Part shown: piece after piece, positions 50,152 to 60,357 of the stretch
Layout: each line of letters begins with the position of its first letter
Position numbering within the stretch: position 1 is the stretch's first letter
Virus record (IMG/VR): IMGVR_UViG_3300028888_000055
DNA length: 64,000 bases
Strand: one strand, 5' to 3'
Source: a virus
Taxonomy: Duplodnaviria; Caudoviricetes
The notes under the pieces: generated by a model
Told to the model about the DNA's origin: nothing
Seen by the model: only the letters and a program-made list of their open reading frames with translations
The model's database searches: none
Translations under genes and position numbers: made by a program

Positions 50152-52200
50152 TTAATGGACCCAATGATCAGAGACTGAGGCTTCTGCAGGGATAGGCAAA
50201 GATTTGCAATATATTGATGCAGCTTTTTCCATACATTCTTTAAGAATATCTGGAGTTTCTTTTATTTCTTCTTTATAAATTACATTAATTTCATCATGAA
50301 CCAAAGCAGATAATTCAACATCCTTAAAATGATTATTATCTACTATCCAATTAAAAAACATAGTAGCAGCAGTTTTTAAGATTACACTTCCACTTCCCTG
50401 TGTCGGGGAATTCAAAGCATATCTTTCATATTTGCTAGATGCTCTAAAGTGCATAGACACTTCTCGAGCAACAGCATCTCCAGTACCTTTATGGTATTGT
50501 CCGTATTCTTCCCAAAATTCTGGAGTAAAAGATTGCTGTCTAGCTAACCATGCATCGTGGTCCCACCAGTACATTTTATGACCACTTTCTTTACACATTA
50601 ATATATATCCATGCTTCTTTACGAAAGCGGCCCCTTCTTTCTTAAACTTAGCAATTCCAGGGAAACCACTAGCATATGCATTAGCAAAATTCCGTGCTTC
50701 TTCTAATGTACATCCCATCGCTCCCATAATAGCATATTCAGAACCTCCAAATTGTTGGCTAAATTCTATACCTTTTACTGCTTTTCTTAAATGAGGATAT
50801 AATTTCTTTATATCTTTTATAGGGGTGTCTCTTGGTATCTCCTTATATACCATATAAGCACATAGTGAATGCATATCTCCACTACCGTGCAGAAACTCAT
50901 TTAACATGGAAGTCTCATTATATATATCTGCTCCTAATCTACTTTCCAATGCACTATAATCACAGCTTACCCATTTATACCCTTTAGGGGCAGTAAATGA
51001 ACCTCGTGTTGGGGCATCAGCTGGTAATTGCTGCATATTAGGATAAGTACAATCTTTAGGGCTTAAATTTTTATACTTGGCTAAATCATAGTTAGGTTGT
51101 TGACTTCCACAGGACATCCTGCCTGATCTAGCTCCAAGTTGTTTATAATTAGTATGTATTCTGTCGGTTATTGGGTTAATAGCATTAAGGTGACCTTCAC
51201 CAAAGGATGTAATTACTTTAAACGCCTCCTGAAAATTAAAATATAACTTTAGGAATTCATCATTTATTCCTTTTTGAACTTTAAGATGCTTTTCAAGTAC
51301 ACTATCTTTATCTTCTCCAGTCTTTTTGTCTTTTACTTCAGTATTAAATCCTAAATCCTTAGCTATTTTAACAACTTGTTGACTACTTGCCCAATTAACT
51401 GTACATATGGGAGTAGTATCAAATCCATCAAATAGACTACCTTGTAGATTTACTCTAGTATATTTAGATAAAGCAGGATTATTAACAACAAAATCATCAA
51501 GGGCTTTTTTGCTGTCTTCATACTTAAGTCTATCATTCTTCATTTTTTCTTTCCACTTATCTGCATCCAAGTGTATTCCACACCATTCAAGATAAGCTAT
51601 AGCTGGAATAAAGTTACACTCTACTTGAACTGCTTTCTTAAGGTCTTGTTTCTTTACATCCTTTAATTGTGAATTAGCTATATCTCCTAAATATGTGACA
51701 TCTCCTGCCGCATATTTAATAACTTCTTCATCCAATCCTCTCCATATAATCTCACCTCTAACTGTTTTATCAATATCAATATTTAGCCTTCTAGCTGCTA
51801 TTGAACGCAAAGAATAAGATATTACGCTGCTAGGATACCCTAAATGCAGTAGTTGTTCTACAATCATAGTGTCATATACATTTCTAGGTATAATACCATA
51901 ATTATATAAGAACTGTAAATCAAACTTTATATTTTGACCTACTAACTTTTTACTTTCTAGAATATCTTTATACAGTAAAGGAGAAATCGTGGTAGTATCA
52001 ACAACTATTTGATTTTCTCCTTTAATATCTCCAAATTGCATACAAAGCAACTTACAGAGATGTGGATCACGACCTTCGGTTTCAGAATCGTATTGGATGA
52101 AGCTCCAGGATTCCATCATTTTAATGGAATCTTCTGGAGTCATCATCGTGTACGCGTCTGAGTCAAATAGTTCTTTTTGTGTACTTACAAAATATATCAT
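50152..52200 (-). CDS. polA: Family A DNA polymerase with 3'-5' exonuclease
   Basis: Exo motifs YDSET, NIKFD, YDTM and YAAGD; motif A DYSALESR; motif B R...K...F...FG; motif C VHDE. Confidence 0.95.
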   Translation of the reverse strand: MIYFVSTQKELFDSDAYTMMTPEDSIKMMESWSFIQYDSETEGRDPHLCKLLCMQFGDIKGENQIVVDTTTISPLLYKDILESKKLVGQNIKFDLQFLYNYGIIPRNVYDTMIVEQLLHLGYPSSVISYSLRSIAARRLNIDIDKTVRGEIIWRGLDEEVIKYAAGDVTYLGDIANSQLKDVKKQDLKKAVQVECNFIPAIAYLEWCGIHLDADKWKEKMKNDRLKYEDSKKALDDFVVNNPALSKYTRVNLQGSLFDGFDTTPICTVNWASSQQVVKIAKDLGFNTEVKDKKTGEDKDSVLEKHLKVQKGINDEFLKLYFNFQEAFKVITSFGEGHLNAINPITDRIHTNYKQLGARSGRMSCGSQQPNYDLAKYKNLSPKDCTYPNMQQLPADAPTRGSFTAPKGYKWVSCDYSALESRLGADIYNETSMLNEFLHGSGDMHSLCAYMVYKEIPRDTPIKDIKKLYPHLRKAVKGIEFSQQFGGSEYAIMGAMGCTLEEARNFANAYASGFPGIAKFKKEGAAFVKKHGYILMCKESGHKMYWWDHDAWLARQQSFTPEFWEEYGQYHKGTGDAVAREVSMHFRASSKYERYALNSPTQGSGSVILKTAATMFFNWIVDNNHFKDVELSALVHDEINVIYKEEIKETPDILKECMEKAASIYCKSLPIPAEASVSDHWVH

Positions 52201-52490
52201 AATTGATATTGTTTTACATATTCATATAAAGAATCTAAATCATAGCAAATCCTATTTCCGTTTTCATCGGTTGCTATATGGTCTTTACCTTCAAATATGT
52301 ACCACATTATCCAATCAATTCCATATTCATTAAAGTGACTAGCTAACAAAGTTTCAAATATTACAAAACCTTCAGTATATAAAGGAGACTCTCCTATTTC
52401 TATATGATGGTTATCCCATAACTTATTTCCTTCGTTTAGTAATACTTCTACACTTTTAATAGCCCTGATAAATAATTCTTTAGTTATCAT
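52197..52490 (-). CDS. Hypothetical protein
   Basis: 97-aa ORF, ATGA-coupled to polA. Confidence 0.75.
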   Translation of the reverse strand: MITKELFIRAIKSVEVLLNEGNKLWDNHHIEIGESPLYTEGFVIFETLLASHFNEYGIDWIMWYIFEGKDHIATDENGNRICYDLDSLYEYVKQYQL

Positions 52491-52719
52491 ATTCTATGAG
52501 CTCTACATTAAAATTATCTGAGTCTACTTTTGTAAGTATATAGTCACTTATAACTTCTTCTATCGCTTTTATATGTTCTTCTCCTACTGTTACAGGGATA
52601 TCTTCCCTTGCTGAACGAATCATATCGCTAAATAAAGGATCATCCATAAACTTTTCTACGTCAACAAAGAATTCACCAGTAATTTTTGCAACAACTTTCA
52701 TATTAATACCATGTTTCAA
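52480..52719 (-). CDS. Hypothetical protein
   Basis: 79-aa ORF in operon. Confidence 0.65.
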   Translation of the reverse strand: MKHGINMKVVAKITGEFFVDVEKFMDDPLFSDMIRSAREDIPVTVGEEHIKAIEEVISDYILTKVDSDNFNVELIEYDN

Positions 52720-53083
52720 ATGTTATATATTCTGTATCTTGTAAGTTATCGAATGCGGGCAGTATATTAGTTTCTAGTTTCTTTAATACTTCTTCTACAT
52801 CCTGTATATAATATTTATCATAAGCTGTACTACCGAAAAAGAATCCATCCATAGTGGGCAATAGTTCTTTACAAGTAGTAACATCATTTAGTACTGTCCT
52901 ACATCGTTTCACCAGTTCCTCACACATTCCTTTAGTGATTTCTAGAGGAATCTGTTCTGCAATATTAAATCCTTTATCACCAAAAAATCTTACTAAAAAG
53001 TTAACTTTACGAAAATAACTAACTTCTTCTGCGTCTATGTTTTTATTTCTATTTCTACGGAAGAAAAATATATCTAATCCCAT
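52703..53083 (-). CDS. Conserved phage hypothetical protein (MGLD...YFRK.N...GFFFG family)
   Basis: MGLDI, YFRKVN and LLPTMDGFFFGS.AYD..Y pattern, common in phages. Confidence 0.8.
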   Translation of the reverse strand: MGLDIFFFRRNRNKNIDAEEVSYFRKVNFLVRFFGDKGFNIAEQIPLEITKGMCEELVKRCRTVLNDVTTCKELLPTMDGFFFGSTAYDKYYIQDVEEVLKKLETNILPAFDNLQDTEYITFETWY

Positions 53084-53101
53084 ATTTAAATTTTTTATTT
53101 A

Positions 53102-53614
53102 TTATTTACCTGTATGTCCAAATCCTCCATCGCCTCTTTCAGTTTCACTTAATTCAGTAACTTCTACGAGTTCGATTTTAGGATAAGGTAATATCATCAT
53201 TTGACAAACTCTTTCACCAACTTTATAAGGAGCTAAAGCACTTATAGTATTAGCATAAGCGTTTATCACAGTATTCTGGTCATGAGATAGTGTAAGATAA
53301 GGCGTTATAGGCAACTTATCTCTATTCTTAAATACTACTAATAGTTCTCCTCTATAACCAGAATCAAGAGTACCAGGAGCATTAGGTATATAAACGTCGG
53401 TCTTAGTGTTACTGCTTCGTGGTCTAAGATCCATATAATAACCTTCTGGAACTTCAAACGCTAAACCTGTATGATAAATATATCTATCATTTTGTAAATC
53501 ATACTCCACATCTACGGCCGTTATATCCATGCAAGCATCTCCTGGCATTGCATATGTAGGAACAACTGCATCTTCACGCAGTTTCTTGAATTTCACTTGT
53601 AACGTCTCTCTCAT
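53102..53614 (-). CDS. dut: Trimeric dUTPase
   Basis: GDACMD, RPRSS, GTLDSGYRGE, GERVCQ and ERGDGGFGHTG motifs. Confidence 0.95.
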   Translation of the reverse strand: MRETLQVKFKKLREDAVVPTYAMPGDACMDITAVDVEYDLQNDRYIYHTGLAFEVPEGYYMDLRPRSSNTKTDVYIPNAPGTLDSGYRGELLVVFKNRDKLPITPYLTLSHDQNTVINAYANTISALAPYKVGERVCQMMILPYPKIELVEVTELSETERGDGGFGHTGK

Positions 53615-53969
53615 TAAATTTAAATTTATACTCAGAGTTTAAGGTATGAAAAACATTATTTTCCCAGTCAATAGATTGAACTGTAGATGTATAGTAATAT
53701 ACATCATTGTCTTCCATATAACAGGAAATTCCTTCTCCAAATCCTGGAGTAATGCCTTTCATTTTTACTGCATCTAGAGGAGTATCTACAACTTTCTCGA
53801 TTTCGATATCCCCCATTTTAGACTTTTTTACTGCTTCATATACAAACATGAAATCTTTTCCATATTTGTTTACAAAGTCCTCTTCAGACATCTGTCTTAT
53901 CTCCATTATCTTCAATATCATCGGATGATGGAGAGTGAGATGCATCACAGGGCGTTTTATCTTTGACAT
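53574..53969 (-). CDS. Hypothetical protein
   Basis: 131-aa ORF; start uncertain because of overlap with the upstream gene. Confidence 0.65.
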   Translation of the reverse strand: MSKIKRPVMHLTLHHPMILKIMEIRQMSEEDFVNKYGKDFMFVYEAVKKSKMGDIEIEKVVDTPLDAVKMKGITPGFGEGISCYMEDNDVYYYTSTVQSIDWENNVFHTLNSEYKFKFNERDVTSEIQETA

Positions 53970-54234
53970 AATTTACTATATTGTTAATATTACATTCATT
54001 TGCTTCTGAATAGAAGCCTTTTATTCCTTTCTTATTTTCATAAACAGCTACAAATGGAACTAATCTTGCCCCAAAAGAACTTTTTATTTGACGAGCTTTT
54101 CTTTTATCGCTAAATATATCCTCGTCATAAAATTCTAAACTAACTGGATAACCTTCCAGCTCTTTAGTTAAGCTGGAAGGATCCAATTCGTTAGTTAGTA
54201 AACTATTATAAACCAATTTTAGTGTCATAAGCAT
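53884..54234 (-). CDS. Hypothetical protein, possibly thioredoxin-fold without CxxC
   Basis: Follows nrdJ; FGARLVPFVAVY resembles the cis-Pro strand of Trx folds. Confidence 0.55.
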   Translation of the reverse strand: MLMTLKLVYNSLLTNELDPSSLTKELEGYPVSLEFYDEDIFSDKRKARQIKSSFGARLVPFVAVYENKKGIKGFYSEANECNINNIVNYVKDKTPCDASHSPSSDDIEDNGDKTDV

Positions 54235-56678
54235 TTACTATAATCACAGTCTAAACATCTTATACATCCTCCTTCTCGAATCAATCTACCTCCGCACTTA
54301 GGACAGGTTTCAGCACTTTCCTCTTTAGGCATATACTTACTTAATATCCTACATATTGCAGAACTAAATGATGTTATATTCTCATTAACTTTCTTTTCAG
54401 TCTTGATAATGAACTTTAATGGAATTCCGTGTCTTAATAATGCACTTACTAACAATGTACAAGTTCTTTGTTCTGCATTAAGAAGACTATCTAAGTCATC
54501 TATGTTAATGAGATCCGAGTGGAAGCTATATAATCCCTTAGCCTTTTTTGTTAATATGCCTTTATGATTATTTATTTTTATCTGTTTTTCTGGTTTGAAA
54601 CAGAAGGCTTCATAAGGTTTATTCTTATATAAGCCTATCATAACATAAAAGATTTCTCCACCTACTTTCACAGAATAGAATTCGGCATCTAACTTCTTAG
54701 GACGTTTAGGCGCACTGATGGAAGACTCAAATCTTTCTTCCTTTTGTTTATCACTGACAGAATTAAGAATACCCTCTCTACATCCATCGCGATATACTGT
54801 AACACCCTTTAAACCATTCTCCCAAGCTTCTTTATAAATTTCAGATATCTCTTCTTCTTTAGTTTCTGTAGGTAGATTTATAGTAGATGATATGCTATGG
54901 GTTATAAAAGTTTGACATGCGGCCTGAGTCATAATTCTATAATGCCAGTCAATGTCATGCGCTGTCGCTCCATAATAGGGACTTTCCTTGTAAATAGCAT
55001 CCCATTTATCAAGGTCCCATTCATCAATGTTTTCTTCTGGATATTTTACTTTAGCCCAACGCTTTAAGCCCTCGTGTACGACCATATATTCAGTAAATTT
55101 AATACCTAATTTATCTACATAGTCTACGCGATCAGTATCAGAAGTACATTTCTTTCTTCTCTTATAGTATGGCATAAATACAGGTTCAATACCTGAAGAT
55201 GTTTGAGTGAGCATTGCTACACTACCAGTTGGCGCAATGGTACTGAAAGATATATTACGTCTTCCAACCTTTAACATCTTTCTGTATATCTCAGGATCGT
55301 ATTGCTTTACAAAGCTTTGGAATAATGGATTCTCTTTATCAAATCCATCATATTCTTCAAATACTCCTCTAGATTCTGCCATATCTACAGATGCTTTAAG
55401 TTCTGCTCTGAAAATAGTTTCCATTACAGCTTTTATAATGGGAATAGATTCTGGAGATCCATATTTAACATTAAGTTGAGCCAACATATCGGCTAGTCCT
55501 AATATTCCTACACCTGCTCTTCTTCCTCTTCTTGAAACATCGAGAATCTTTTCCCACATTTTCTGTTCTTCAGATTCAGATTCACATACATCAATAATCC
55601 TTTTTACTGCTTCCTGCTCTAAGTCTACTAAGTCATCTCCCAATTTCATGGCATAATACCCTAAATGAGCTATAACATTATAGTCTAATTCCGCTTTTTC
55701 AGTATACGGATATTTGACGCATTTGGCAAGGTTAATATGAATCAATCTACAAGAATCCATAGCTCCCATACCAATCTCTCCACAAGGATTAGTGGAAATC
55801 ATACTAAATTCTGGATAATAACGATCTGGTGCTTTTAAGTGCATTGCATCGTCAAATATTATACCAGGCTCGGCTGTATTCCAAGCACAATGAATTAATT
55901 TATTCCATAAATCTCTTGCTTTGATTCGTTTGACGTACTTATGATATCCTACTTCTATAAGTTCGCCGATTTTACTATTGGTCGGAACATATATAGTATC
56001 AAAGTCTAAGTCAAGAGGATATCTTTGATAATATACCTCATCATTCTTGACAGCTCTCATAAAAGCATCGGATACCTTTACAGAAATATTAGCACCTGTA
56101 ACCTTCGTTAAATCTTGCTTCTTTTCTATAAATTCTTCAGCATCAGGATGATCGATAGATATAGTTAACATCAAAGCTCCTCTACGGCCATTCATGGCTA
56201 CTTCATTAGTTAGTGCTGAATTTACATCCATAAAAGATGCTGCACCAGTAGAAGTAGAAGCGGCATTATTTACCATTGCCCCATTAGGTCGCAACTTAGA
56301 CAAGTCATATCCTACGCCTCCGCGTCGTTTCATTAATTGAATCTGATAGTTTCTAATTTTCATTATTGAATTATAACTATCTTCTGGAGATTCAACTACA
56401 AAACAATTGGATAGACTTACAGGTTTTTCTAGACCAGCATTTGCCAACACAGAACCGCCTGGAATAATATATCCGTCCTTAAATAAGTTTTTAATAAAAT
56501 CATTGGCTAATACCCAATGATCTTCTTTATAGTTAGATTCTATTCTTGCAAATTCTTTGGATAATCTTTCATATGTATCATCTGGAGTTTCTTCATTTTC
56601 GGCTTTGTATTTATTCTCCCATACAGAAGCCGCCAACTCATCGCCATTAAAATACTCTAAAATTTTCTTATCCATCAA
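54225..56678 (-). CDS. nrdJ: Class II (adenosylcobalamin-dependent) ribonucleotide reductase
   Basis: PGGS, SLSNCFV, RRGGVG, GRRGALM, TNPCGE, IAPTG, SSTINLP, KGVTVYRDG and C-terminal CPKC...CLDC. No small subunit gene nearby. Confidence 0.93.
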   Translation of the reverse strand: MMDKKILEYFNGDELAASVWENKYKAENEETPDDTYERLSKEFARIESNYKEDHWVLANDFIKNLFKDGYIIPGGSVLANAGLEKPVSLSNCFVVESPEDSYNSIMKIRNYQIQLMKRRGGVGYDLSKLRPNGAMVNNAASTSTGAASFMDVNSALTNEVAMNGRRGALMLTISIDHPDAEEFIEKKQDLTKVTGANISVKVSDAFMRAVKNDEVYYQRYPLDLDFDTIYVPTNSKIGELIEVGYHKYVKRIKARDLWNKLIHCAWNTAEPGIIFDDAMHLKAPDRYYPEFSMISTNPCGEIGMGAMDSCRLIHINLAKCVKYPYTEKAELDYNVIAHLGYYAMKLGDDLVDLEQEAVKRIIDVCESESEEQKMWEKILDVSRRGRRAGVGILGLADMLAQLNVKYGSPESIPIIKAVMETIFRAELKASVDMAESRGVFEEYDGFDKENPLFQSFVKQYDPEIYRKMLKVGRRNISFSTIAPTGSVAMLTQTSSGIEPVFMPYYKRRKKCTSDTDRVDYVDKLGIKFTEYMVVHEGLKRWAKVKYPEENIDEWDLDKWDAIYKESPYYGATAHDIDWHYRIMTQAACQTFITHSISSTINLPTETKEEEISEIYKEAWENGLKGVTVYRDGCREGILNSVSDKQKEERFESSISAPKRPKKLDAEFYSVKVGGEIFYVMIGLYKNKPYEAFCFKPEKQIKINNHKGILTKKAKGLYSFHSDLINIDDLDSLLNAEQRTCTLLVSALLRHGIPLKFIIKTEKKVNENITSFSSAICRILSKYMPKEESAETCPKCGGRLIREGGCIRCLDCDYSKCL

Positions 56679-56679
56679 A

Positions 56680-57474
56680 TTAGTTTAAAGATTGAATGCC
56701 TAGAATCTTGCCTGCTAATAAAGTCTTTTCTGGTATACTAAATACATCTCTGCCTTTAGTTACCATATTAGTTATTTGCTGAGTCATCGCGTTATATACA
56801 TCATACATATTAACAGTATCCCCTACTTGATAATAGTCAGAATTTTCTTCCAAGAATAAGCTCTTATATGCAGATATAATGTTATCAACGCTTAATTTTA
56901 CTGGTTGGAAGCCATTGTTCCAATTCATAAGGAGGGTATTATCTACCCATTTTCCTAATAATTGTTCTCTTGCTTCTACACTGTTTTCAAATTTCTCTTC
57001 GTGTAGTTTAGTAAGAATAGCATTTGTTTCGTCTTTTAACTCTAAGATATGCTCCAAAGGTTTAAAATCAATAGGAGTTTCTGGTTCCAAAGCTTGAATA
57101 CTTAGATAAGAAGGACTAAAGATACACAAGTTAGTACAAGCAGCATTAAGTGCTCCACTATAGAATTTAACCACTGGCTTTCTTACATCAAGACCCATCA
57201 CCATTCCTATGACTTTGTCATGATTTGCGTACATATCTTCATCAGGCATCACAGCTTCAATATATACTCTATTATAAGTAGTATCATGAGAACTAGTATC
57301 GCCAGTTTCAGTAACAGTTATTTGCTCAGGAGTTTGTACGTGTATTCTAAAATCATCTGTATAATTTGATAATCTATCAAAGAAAGGTCCTACATAATTC
57401 GCAGTCTTGAAATAAGCTTTTTTACCAATAATCGTTGGTTTTCCTTCAAATAATTCTTTTACCTCAATATCCAT
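56680..57474 (-). CDS. DUF932/DUF3871-like conserved crAss-like protein
   Basis: KFYSGALNAACTNLCIF and YDVYNAMT motifs. Confidence 0.6.
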   Translation of the reverse strand: MDIEVKELFEGKPTIIGKKAYFKTANYVGPFFDRLSNYTDDFRIHVQTPEQITVTETGDTSSHDTTYNRVYIEAVMPDEDMYANHDKVIGMVMGLDVRKPVVKFYSGALNAACTNLCIFSPSYLSIQALEPETPIDFKPLEHILELKDETNAILTKLHEEKFENSVEAREQLLGKWVDNTLLMNWNNGFQPVKLSVDNIISAYKSLFLEENSDYYQVGDTVNMYDVYNAMTQQITNMVTKGRDVFSIPEKTLLAGKILGIQSLN

Positions 57475-57478
57475 ATTT

Positions 57479-57832
57479 TCATTCTTCTTTTTCTCCCTGC
57501 TCTTCTTGTAATTTAGTGATTTGATCCTGTACCCAAGATTTCCATCTGGTTTCTATAACTTCTTTATAAGTATTCCAAATTTCTCTAACTTGATCATTAT
57601 CATATCTCCACTCTCTTTGCCCTTTTGTAGGTACATAAAAACGAGCAGTAAGTTCTTTTAATACTTTTTCATCTTCTTTTGTGCCGTGTTCAACGATATC
57701 TATAATTTCTGTATCAGGATTATAAGATATATACTCTTTTAATCTTGGATACTCATCATCAATTTTTGCTCTTTCGGACCACCCTATTTTAACTTTATCG
57801 TGGCCATTACTTACTAAATATATCATTATCAT
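57479..57832 (-). CDS. T5orf172/GIY-YIG-like putative free-standing homing endonuclease
   Basis: MIYLVS....VKIGWS...RL.EY...NP...E......REW pattern. Confidence 0.7.
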   Translation of the reverse strand: MIMIYLVSNGHDKVKIGWSERAKIDDEYPRLKEYISYNPDTEIIDIVEHGTKEDEKVLKELTARFYVPTKGQREWRYDNDQVREIWNTYKEVIETRWKSWVQDQITKLQEEQGEKEE

Positions 57833-57841
57833 TTACATTTA

Positions 57842-57914
57842 AGTGAGTTATCTAGTGATACTAGGTTACTCTCACTATTATTAAATAGTAGAGTGGCAAT
57901 ACGCCACCCTACTA
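57842..57914 (-). promoter_or_regulatory. Two tandem hairpins upstream of the endonuclease gene
   Basis: AGTGAG..CTAGT-GAT-ACTAG..CTCACT (57842-57876) and TAGTAGAGTGGC-AATAC-GCCACCCTACTA (57886-57914). Confidence 0.6.
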
Positions 57915-57918
57915 ATTA

Positions 57919-58446
57919 TCAGCCTACAAATCTAAAGAATGTATAAGCACCCTTCTGAGTGCCCTTAGAAGGCGTATACGTGCATTCTAAAGCTTTAATA
58001 TTATTTACGTCAATCTTGATTGGCATTATATAAGCATCTTCTTTTGCTCCAAGAGTGTATAAGAGTCTAAGAGCTTTAATTGCATCTTTCTTCTGCTTAT
58101 AATAATTAGAATGTAATTTACCACCTATAACAATAGCATAATGTTTTACATAATGTCTTGCTTTAGCTGGAATATTCTTCATACTATAAGGTCTAGTACG
58201 CTTATTTTCCTTGCCTTGATTTTCGACGATATATAAGCTAATATTTTCTTCATCTTTGCATTTCTTTTCAAGTTGCTCTTCCATAAACTGTTCTAAATCA
58301 GCTCCAGTTGGACGACCTGCCTTCTGCCAAGCTATAGTGCAATTAGCACCAGAGTCGGGAAACATCACCGCCTCACCAGTAGGAAATTGATCTAGAGCAT
58401 CTTTCAAAGAATAAGCTTCAAATCTTTCAACTTTTAATATTGCCAT
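57919..58446 (-). CDS. Conserved crAss-like hypothetical protein
   Basis: 175-aa ORF containing NCT.AW, RTRPY, K..AIK and YTPSK...G.Y.FF. Confidence 0.75.
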   Translation of the reverse strand: MAILKVERFEAYSLKDALDQFPTGEAVMFPDSGANCTIAWQKAGRPTGADLEQFMEEQLEKKCKDEENISLYIVENQGKENKRTRPYSMKNIPAKARHYVKHYAIVIGGKLHSNYYKQKKDAIKALRLLYTLGAKEDAYIMPIKIDVNNIKALECTYTPSKGTQKGAYTFFRFVG

Positions 58447-58464
58447 ATTATTTATTAAAATTAA

Positions 58465-58824
58465 TTAAAATGGAATCCATGTATCTAAAATTCTTTTAAC
58501 TTCTGCAATCATTTCTTTATTAGATTTGAAATCTAATTTAGGTATTTCACCAGTTATGCCTTGCATAAAATCTTCACACATTATTGCTAACCCTCTGATA
58601 GCTGCAACGAAATCATCACAATATGATCCATCTTTAAATACTATCTTGGCTAACACTTCCCAGCATGTGATGTCTGGATTTTTCTCTCTTAATTTTTGTG
58701 TTATATAACATATACTCATTATGAGAGTTATACGATCCTCAAAGGGACCATTAAAATTACACACACCATAATACTTATTATATGTGTCTTTTAATTCTTG
58801 ATAATTAGGTGTCCAAGTCTCCAT
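58465..58824 (-). CDS. Hypothetical protein
   Basis: 119-aa ORF in operon. Confidence 0.75.
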   Translation of the reverse strand: METWTPNYQELKDTYNKYYGVCNFNGPFEDRITLIMSICYITQKLREKNPDITCWEVLAKIVFKDGSYCDDFVAAIRGLAIMCEDFMQGITGEIPKLDFKSNKEMIAEVKRILDTWIPF

Positions 58825-59824
58825 CTTGTATCTTATTTAATTCTACTTCAGCTGCCATTTTAAGTAGTCTAATAAACTCTTGAAAACCTTCTTTTATTTC
58901 AGAGTCATATACTTCATATATGCCAGAATTACATTCTGAAACTGTACTTACTACTAACATATTAGCTTTGAAGCTATTTATATTTGTCAGATTGTGATAT
59001 TTTGCAACATATTCCTTAAGCATAAAAGCATAAAGGCCCATTTGCCTAGCATAATGATACTCTTTGAAACTATGTTTAAAATACTCTAATGGATGTCCAG
59101 AAGTCTTTAAATCATTTAATACTAAAGAACATTTGTCAGTATCAACAGTAAAATTATCAAGTTTTCCTTTTACTCTAAGTATAACAAATTTTCCTGTTTT
59201 AGTATCAGTGGCCATAAAATCTAGAAACAAAGCAGCTTCATTCATTACTTTAGATCCCTTAGGATATAAGAGATTCATAATATTATAATTTAAATGTAAT
59301 GAACTTGTACACATCATACAGGTCTCATAACTACGTGCATCTAGAAATATATTTTCCACATTAAGATATTTAGTTTCTTCTTCATACCTATCTTTAAAAT
59401 AAGGAATACACTGATCGAGTACATTTTGTATACGAGAATCTGTAAGAGAATTAGAATAATAATCTACTTCAATACAAGCAGCTTTTACATCATTATAAGT
59501 AGGAGATTGTTTATTCTTTTTCCATTTCTTATATAATATATCAGCTACAAATCCAAGTTTTGCACTTGGCCGACTGGTAATATCTGATAATCTAAAATCC
59601 TTAGGCTGTAAAATAACTTCATGTACAGCACTTCCTAAAAGTAAACTATTAGAATAATTAGGTTTAAAACCTGCTAAATATTTCTCTACAGATCCTCCTT
59701 GGTCGGGATTTATCAAGCTTAGTTTAGAATTACTAATACAATTAGAAAACTCTTTAGAAAAATAGCGTTCATCACTCATTTCAAGATACTGAACGCTATT
59801 TGGTATATATTCAATTTTTATCAT
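58805..59824 (-). CDS. PD-(D/E)XK exonuclease (RecE/ExoVIII-like, DUF3799-type)
   Basis: ISNSKL, LGSAVHE, E, KGKLD, LNDLKT and YHYARQMGLY. Confidence 0.85.
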   Translation of the reverse strand: MIKIEYIPNSVQYLEMSDERYFSKEFSNCISNSKLSLINPDQGGSVEKYLAGFKPNYSNSLLLGSAVHEVILQPKDFRLSDITSRPSAKLGFVADILYKKWKKNKQSPTYNDVKAACIEVDYYSNSLTDSRIQNVLDQCIPYFKDRYEEETKYLNVENIFLDARSYETCMMCTSSLHLNYNIMNLLYPKGSKVMNEAALFLDFMATDTKTGKFVILRVKGKLDNFTVDTDKCSLVLNDLKTSGHPLEYFKHSFKEYHYARQMGLYAFMLKEYVAKYHNLTNINSFKANMLVVSTVSECNSGIYEVYDSEIKEGFQEFIRLLKMAAEVELNKIQDGDLDT

Positions 59825-60357
59825 ACTAAATCTTTAAAGCTATAAAAATGTTTCTCCATAAATTCATCATAAGCCTTGCATATAGTATCATAGTCAAGGG
59901 ATTCAATCCTTCCTACTTCCCCCCAACTTTGATTATTAGGAGTACTGTACAATAAACAAGGTACGCCAGCTAGATTTAACTGAATCATATTATGTATACT
60001 ATCGTCAATAAAGACATCGACTTTTCCTTTTATTCTTTTTGATTTATCTACCCGATGTCCATACATCTGATATACTGGACTATTAGGAAAGCCATTATCC
60101 TTTAGCCACTTTTTAGACCAGGCTTTATTGTTAACTCTAGCAGTACAATATAACACTGGAACAAAATCAATTTTATTCTTTACAGGTAAAGTAATCCAAA
60201 ATTGTCTATTTGTCTTTAGATCCCTGACAACATTCTTTGTTATTCGATGTTCTTTCAGTCTACTTGGATATTTCTTTACATTGTAATATTCACAATAGGA
60301 CTCCCACCAATAACACAGGCAGTCATCAATGTCTAAACCAATCTTTAAATCTCTCAT
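59821..60357 (-). CDS. HAD-superfamily phosphatase (5'(3')-deoxyribonucleotidase-like)
   Basis: Motifs GLDIDD, CTAR, K and FIDDS. Confidence 0.85.
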   Translation of the reverse strand: MRDLKIGLDIDDCLCYWWESYCEYYNVKKYPSRLKEHRITKNVVRDLKTNRQFWITLPVKNKIDFVPVLYCTARVNNKAWSKKWLKDNGFPNSPVYQMYGHRVDKSKRIKGKVDVFIDDSIHNMIQLNLAGVPCLLYSTPNNQSWGEVGRIESLDYDTICKAYDEFMEKHFYSFKDLV

